From a virus (lineage: Duplodnaviria; Caudoviricetes): 58,085 bases of DNA. This document shows, in pieces, positions 53,869 through 58,085 of the stretch; positions within the stretch are counted from its first letter, which is position 1; each line of letters begins with the position of its first letter. Made by a program: the position numbers and the translations under genes. The stretch lies in the IMG/VR virus record IMGVR_UViG_3300037840_000047, positions 1-58,085 of that record; one strand, given 5' to 3'. Below the pieces are notes generated by a model, which saw only the letters and a list, made by a program, of their open reading frames with translations, did not search any database and was not told the origin of the DNA.

Positions 53869-53994
53869 CCAAACTGATCTGGTCCCTGGTACTGGTCTGT
53901 GCCCCGATGTTCTTTGCCTTCTGGGTGCTCGATAAGATTAAGCCGGTGCGGAGTTCCAAGTTTACGGACCCTAGTCGAATCTAGAAAAAAGAGC

Positions 53995-54024
53995 TTGCTA
54001 ACAGTTAGCTAATATGCTTACAAT
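53995..54024 (+). promoter_or_regulatory. sigma70-like promoter
   Basis: TTGCTA-18-TACAAT with an upstream A-tract. Confidence 0.6.
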
Positions 54025-54043
54025 GGCAGCGCGAGTCCATTTA

Positions 54044-54128
54044 GGGCGGGCGGTCCCCTGGTCAACACTCTTGCCAAGGAGCCGCCAGAGCCGCCCAACC
54101 TACTTTGACCCGTTTAGCTCCTTGGCGA
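54044..54128 (+). ncRNA. C4/CI-like antisense RNA with adjacent target
   Basis: GGGCGG..CCGCCC closing stem. Inner GGTCAA and TTGCCAAGGAGC are complementary to downstream TTGACC and GCTCCTTGGCGA. Confidence 0.5.
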
Positions 54129-54440
54129 ATGACAATCTCCATCATTTCGAGTTTTGCAGCGCCCAAGGTCAATCTCTGCCGAGGCAATCGGGATTGTGCC
54201 CGAGAGCGTCGGTCGGTGCCCAGAGGCGCGTGCGCCGTGGCCCATCGTTAGGGGAATTAGCCCCTGCGGGGGTTAATAATAGCCGAGGCACACTGCACGC
54301 TTTGCCGAGCGAACGACCGACGATGACGGCGTTTTCAAGCAAAGGCTGGAATAATACCCCAGCTTTAGCTTCGCTCACTCCCTCCGAATCAAACGTTTCA
54401 TATTCAAGGTCAACAGCAAGAACAAAAACGGAGAGGTACT

Positions 54441-54674
54441 GTGACTTTCAGTGAAGAAAGATTAGGATTGCCGACACTCTGGTTTACGGGGCAAGAGTGG
54501 GCTAGTGGCGAAGCAGAGCGAGTTCTGATAGAGCAGTACGAAGATGCTTCAGAGCGAGAACTGGAGATTGAAAGAACTAAGACCCCAGCGCAGAAACGGA
54601 AAGATGAATCTGCCCGAAAGCGAAAGAGATTTCAGAAGTGGTTTGCGTGGTCGCTGACACAGGAGAAACCATGA
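54441..54674 (+). CDS. hypothetical protein
   Basis: GAGG RBS before GTG; ATGA coupled to the next gene. Confidence 0.5.
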   Translation: MTFSEERLGLPTLWFTGQEWASGEAERVLIEQYEDASERELEIERTKTPAQKRKDESARKRKRFQKWFAWSLTQEKP

Positions 54675-55021
54675 GTCCAGAAGAAATGCGTGAGCCGATT
54701 TATAACCTCTATCCGCGCAAAGTTGCAAAACGTGCGGCCCTCCAATCAATAGGCAAGGCCCTGCAACGAATCGTTAGCGGCGAAGTTAACCAAAAAGTGA
54801 TGACATGGGAGGATGCCTATAAATTCCTACTCACCAAGACCCGCCAATATGCAGGCTCGCCAGCGGGAAACAGGGGGGCGATGACACCACATTGCACCAC
54901 GTTTATGAACCAATCCCGCTACTTGGACTATGAGATCGAGTGGTTTAGAACCACGCCCCAAGAAGAACGGGACCTGCGAAACCAGATGGAGGCGAATGTC
55001 GGCGTATGGAGGCCGATGTGA
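54671..55021 (+). CDS. replication-initiator C-terminal-like domain protein
   Basis: YNLYPRKVAKRAA...PHCTTFMNQSRYLD. Confidence 0.6.
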   Translation: MSPEEMREPIYNLYPRKVAKRAALQSIGKALQRIVSGEVNQKVMTWEDAYKFLLTKTRQYAGSPAGNRGAMTPHCTTFMNQSRYLDYEIEWFRTTPQEERDLRNQMEANVGVWRPM

Positions 55022-55457
55022 GACGAGAAAACGAACCAGACTATGAACTAGTCGCCAGAGAGCGGGAGCCTGATATTGAAGAAGTGAAAAATGAGCGAGA
55101 AAGATTGCACCTACTACCTCCGCCCACAAAGAAGTGTACCGCTATCGTGGTGCAGACACGGCTTGGAAAGGTATTTATGGCAGTTTGTGGTCGGATTAAC
55201 TGTAAGGGCCACGGCCCCGGAAAGCGGCAGGAAGTACGGTTGTGACCATCTACGGCACGATCACAGGAGGTGCGTATGAAGGGCAGAGGTTCTGCAATGC
55301 AACGCCTTACCTCGACCTGCCAAGTTGGGCGAATGTGCATCTGAGAGATGAGAACGGCCACGTAGCATGGGGCGAGACGTAAGAATTAAGTATTTGGACC
55401 GGGCAGTGGTGAAGTTGAAACGCAAATGAGCGAAACTACACTTGAGACATTGAAACG

Positions 55458-55898
55458 ATGACCTTACTCACAAAGCGCAAAAAGAAGAAGGGTCCTGCGA
55501 GCAAGCGGACCCAGGTCCGCCGCCGCATAATCCTAGAACTAGACAAACTGATTCGTGCGGCAGTGTTTGAGCGCGATGGCAACAAGTGTGTCCGCTGCGG
55601 GGCCATGCAATACCTTACGCCCAGCCATGTTTATCCCAAGGGCACATTTGGTAATCTGCGCTATGAGTTGGATAACCTGAAAACTCTTTGCGTTCCCTGT
55701 CACCGATGGTGGCACATGAATCCGGTTGAAGCCTCGGATTGGTGGAAAAAGAACTGGCCGGAACGGTATGAGAAACTTTGCCTAGCTCGGCACACTGCGC
55801 CGAAGCCCGACCTAAAAGCCCTGCTGGAAGAAATGACACTGCCCCCGCACAAGAGCCAGTACCTTGACCCGATTCCAGAATCGGGCCTCCCGTTTTGA
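55458..55898 (+). CDS. NinG/HNH-like nuclease
   Basis: RDGNKCVRCG..SHVYPKG..LRYELDNLKTLCVPCH. Confidence 0.8.
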   Translation: MTLLTKRKKKKGPASKRTQVRRRIILELDKLIRAAVFERDGNKCVRCGAMQYLTPSHVYPKGTFGNLRYELDNLKTLCVPCHRWWHMNPVEASDWWKKNWPERYEKLCLARHTAPKPDLKALLEEMTLPPHKSQYLDPIPESGLPF

Positions 55899-55936
55899 CA
55901 CGTGGTTTACAATGCAAGATGCAACGGAGGAATCTT

Positions 55937-56566
55937 ATGAAGCGTGCTCTGGTAATCGTTCTCGCCCTATGCTCGACAGTTTGCTTTGGGCAGGTAGTGG
56001 CCTCGCCTCAGTACACTTTGAACATCAACTTCTTCGGAAGTGGCGTGTATGGCACCACGACCGCCGTCAACAACGTCTTCGGGTATCAGTTGACCACGAA
56101 TGTACAACTGGTGGCAGACCTGCTTGCGGCCCCTGGTGGCGGAGTGAACGATTATGAGGGCGGAGCTGCTTACAACCTCTGCGGCATCAAAGGCTTGGAA
56201 AACGCGTTAGCTTTGACTTCCCTGAATTGCGGCAAGATTGAGCCATTTTTCTCCGTCACTGGCGGGGAAGGCCGAGTGCAACAGGGCACTTCTCCCGTCC
56301 AGACTGCCCCTGCATTCATGGCGAAGGTCGGAATCAATATGCCCACCGCCTCAGGAACTTACTCAATCCCCCTCATGGCAGGCTATGGGTACTTTGGGCC
56401 TTCGGTAGTTGGGCAGTCAAATAAGGGATTTTTCTTCTATTCAGGCATCACGTTTGGTGGTGGAACGAGCGCTTCTGCAACGCAGGCGAAGATTGCCAGA
56501 ATGAAGCTCTCGGATGCCCGTAAGATGAAACGCCTGCAAGCGAAAATGGCAAAGGCACAGCAATGA
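55937..56566 (+). CDS. secreted beta-rich protein, possible outer-membrane beta-barrel
   Basis: MKRALVIVLALCSTVCFG|Q; alternating strands ending FFFYSGITF; basic helical tail. Confidence 0.55.
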   Translation: MKRALVIVLALCSTVCFGQVVASPQYTLNINFFGSGVYGTTTAVNNVFGYQLTTNVQLVADLLAAPGGGVNDYEGGAAYNLCGIKGLENALALTSLNCGKIEPFFSVTGGEGRVQQGTSPVQTAPAFMAKVGINMPTASGTYSIPLMAGYGYFGPSVVGQSNKGFFFYSGITFGGGTSASATQAKIARMKLSDARKMKRLQAKMAKAQQ

Positions 56567-57336
56567 AACGCGCTTACGGCCGCAACATTCCCGCTGCCCT
56601 CCCAGCGCATCGGATGCTCTCGCGCACCGATGTAACGATTCCCCTAAGCGTCGATCTGCGGAAGTTCTGCGGCAACGTGAAAGATCAGGGGCAACTTGGC
56701 TCCTGCACAGGCCATGCTTTCGCCTCGGCAAGCGAGTGGATATGCCGCGCCTATCTAGGAAAACAGCCTACACTCAGCCCTTTGTACGTCTATGCCAAGG
56801 AATTGATTGCAGATGGCGACTTTCCTAACGATAACGGCTCCACAGGCACAACTGGCAGCAACGTGGTCATCGCTAACGGAGCCTGCGAAGATTCCCTGTA
56901 TCCAGATGCCTCACAAACGATTCAGCAACCTACCTCGGAAATGGATGCAAATGCAGCCCAGTACACTCTTGGGGCATATCACGGCCTCGCAGGTTCCAAC
57001 ACTGCCCTCAGCGTGTTAGGCGATGCGACACCGTGGCCTGTGGAAATTGGCTTCACGGTCTACAGTTCATTCGAGAGTGACGAAGTGGCCCAGACGGGTA
57101 TTTACCAACCTGATTCCTCGTCAGAGTCAGTTCTTGGTGGGCATGAAGTCCTGGCCGTGGGCTATGATGTAGGCAGTACACCTGTACTCAGACCGGCAAA
57201 CTGTCCTCCTGCTGTGCTGATTCAAAACTCTTGGGGAGTCTCCTGGGGAATTTCTGGCTATTTCTGGATGGCCTTGCCAGTGCTCGATGCAGCCGACACG
57301 GACCTGAAGATTACCCATAGTGGGAAGCCTTGGTAA
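56563..57336 (+). CDS. papain-like (C1) cysteine peptidase
   Basis: VDLR, VKDQGQLGSCTGHA, GGHEVLAVGY, QNSWG..WG..GYFW. Confidence 0.92.
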   Translation: MKRAYGRNIPAALPAHRMLSRTDVTIPLSVDLRKFCGNVKDQGQLGSCTGHAFASASEWICRAYLGKQPTLSPLYVYAKELIADGDFPNDNGSTGTTGSNVVIANGACEDSLYPDASQTIQQPTSEMDANAAQYTLGAYHGLAGSNTALSVLGDATPWPVEIGFTVYSSFESDEVAQTGIYQPDSSSESVLGGHEVLAVGYDVGSTPVLRPANCPPAVLIQNSWGVSWGISGYFWMALPVLDAADTDLKITHSGKPW

Positions 57337-57490
57337 GCACGCTGCACAATGCCCCGTAATCGCAACAGGAAGCCCTGAGACGGGCGATCTCGCTTCGCAT
57401 GGGCCTCGACTACCCTCCGCATTCTGGCATTCGTGCCATCCGGCTCAAGAGACTTACGCGGCTTCCTGAAGATGTAGTCGAGGCGGGGCT

Positions 57491-57745
57491 TCATTTATTG
57501 ACCTCGTTGTAATCCCTATGGTCTCGCGGTACTGCAATGGGGTCTGTTCCGGCGTCCAAGTCGAGCAAATCTGCAATCTCGCCTCGCAGGCAAGAGCCAT
57601 CGCAAACCGCATCATCGTAGAATGCTGTAGTTTCACTTATCGCGCTGATGACGTAATGCGACCTATGAACCTTCGTTAGAATGTCGTATGCCGCACGAAG
57701 TAGAGTCTTTGCTCGCTCGCAGTCAAATTTCGTTTTCACAGCCAT
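57491..57745 (-). CDS. hypothetical protein
   Basis: YDDAVCDGSCL motif; coupled ORF. Confidence 0.55.
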   Translation of the reverse strand: MAVKTKFDCERAKTLLRAAYDILTKVHRSHYVISAISETTAFYDDAVCDGSCLRGEIADLLDLDAGTDPIAVPRDHRDYNEVNK

Positions 57746-57924
57746 CCTGCCAATCTAAGCCATAAAACGACTACACACAGAGCGGTGAACCAAACAGGAA
57801 GCCAGCCCCGCCAATCAAACTTGCTTCTCGGCACGATCTCAGACTGCCTCAGATGATCGTCGGCATGTACTTTGTGATTCCAGGGTGTGCCCAAAGGTCT
57901 ACGACGTTCCCATGCCAGGCTCAC
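57736..57924 (-). CDS. small protein with C-terminal TM segment
   Basis: GTG start overlapping the upstream TGA; GGAGG RBS. Confidence 0.5.
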   Translation of the reverse strand: MSLAWERRRPLGTPWNHKVHADDHLRQSEIVPRSKFDWRGWLPVWFTALCVVVLWLRLAGWL

Positions 57925-58085
57925 GGCTGCACCTCCAACATACGCCTTACGAGCGATAGCGCGGAGGTTTGTAGCTTGGCAACGGTAGGCTGTAGCTTTT
58001 CCCGCGCAGCAGCCCGCGCAGCAGCCCGCGCAGCATCCCGCGCAGCAGCCCACGCAGCATCCCGCGCAGCAGCCCACGCAGCAGC
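57921..58085 (-). CDS. 3' end of an Ala-rich (AAW/AAR repeat) phage protein, truncated by the window edge
   Basis: Reads AAAWAAARDAAWAAARDAARAAARAAAREKLQPTVAKLQTSALSLVRRMLEVQP*. Confidence 0.7.
   Translation of the reverse strand, partial: AAAWAAARDAAWAAARDAARAAARAAAREKLQPTVAKLQTSALSLVRRMLEVQP
58001..58085. repeat. 12-bp tandem repeat (about 7 copies)
   Basis: CCC(G/A)CGCAGCA(G/T) units, coding a tetrapeptide repeat on the - strand. Confidence 0.9.

Noticed and set aside
54040-54130. tRNA gene
   Set aside because: No T-loop GTTCRA or cloverleaf spacing.
54014-54454. 146-aa ORF
   Set aside because: Its start overlaps the promoter, it has no RBS or recognisable motifs, and the region is better explained by RNA structure.
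57736-58077. Apparent Cys-rich 'GCCAGCC' peptide (RiPP/metallothionein-like) in the ORF track
   Set aside because: Wrong frame of the 12-bp repeat. The adjacent frame gives the common phage AAW/AAR repeat protein, and the downstream gene has its own RBS and GTG at 57924.
58001-58085. CRISPR-like array
   Set aside because: Contiguous 12-bp units with no spacers; it is a coding repeat.
1-58085. Alternative genetic code
   Set aside because: Long genes are intact under the standard code, and TAA, TAG and TGA all end genes.

Overview
This window is most of a tailed dsDNA phage genome (Caudoviricetes) with a podovirus-like gene order. The + strand from ~140 to 37.6 kb carries terminase, portal, scaffold, major capsid, head-tail/nozzle and three ejection-protein-like genes, and no tape measure. 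Signal peptides ending in A/G-Q suggest an Acidobacteria-like diderm host (inference). A - strand block (37.5-45.7 kb) encodes six glycosyltransferases (two PLOD/LH3-type), two SAM methyltransferases and a B12-binding radical SAM enzyme. It is followed by early accessory genes, a divergent promoter switch at ~51.3 kb, ERF plus YqaJ recombination genes, a structured C4/CI-like non-coding region, a NinG-like nuclease, a secreted beta-rich protein and a papain-like protease. There are six free-standing homing endonuclease-like genes. I recognise no integrase, polymerase, tRNA, CRISPR array or reverse transcriptase, and the window ends inside a gene. The best candidate for a new system is six consecutive tail-fibre/adhesin-region genes (15.2-23.3 kb) that all begin with Sec-type signal peptides. 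Several are Cys-rich, which suggests phage appendages that are exported and folded outside the cytoplasm. The large glycosylation cassette is the second candidate. Family assignments come from motif recognition by eye, not database searches.
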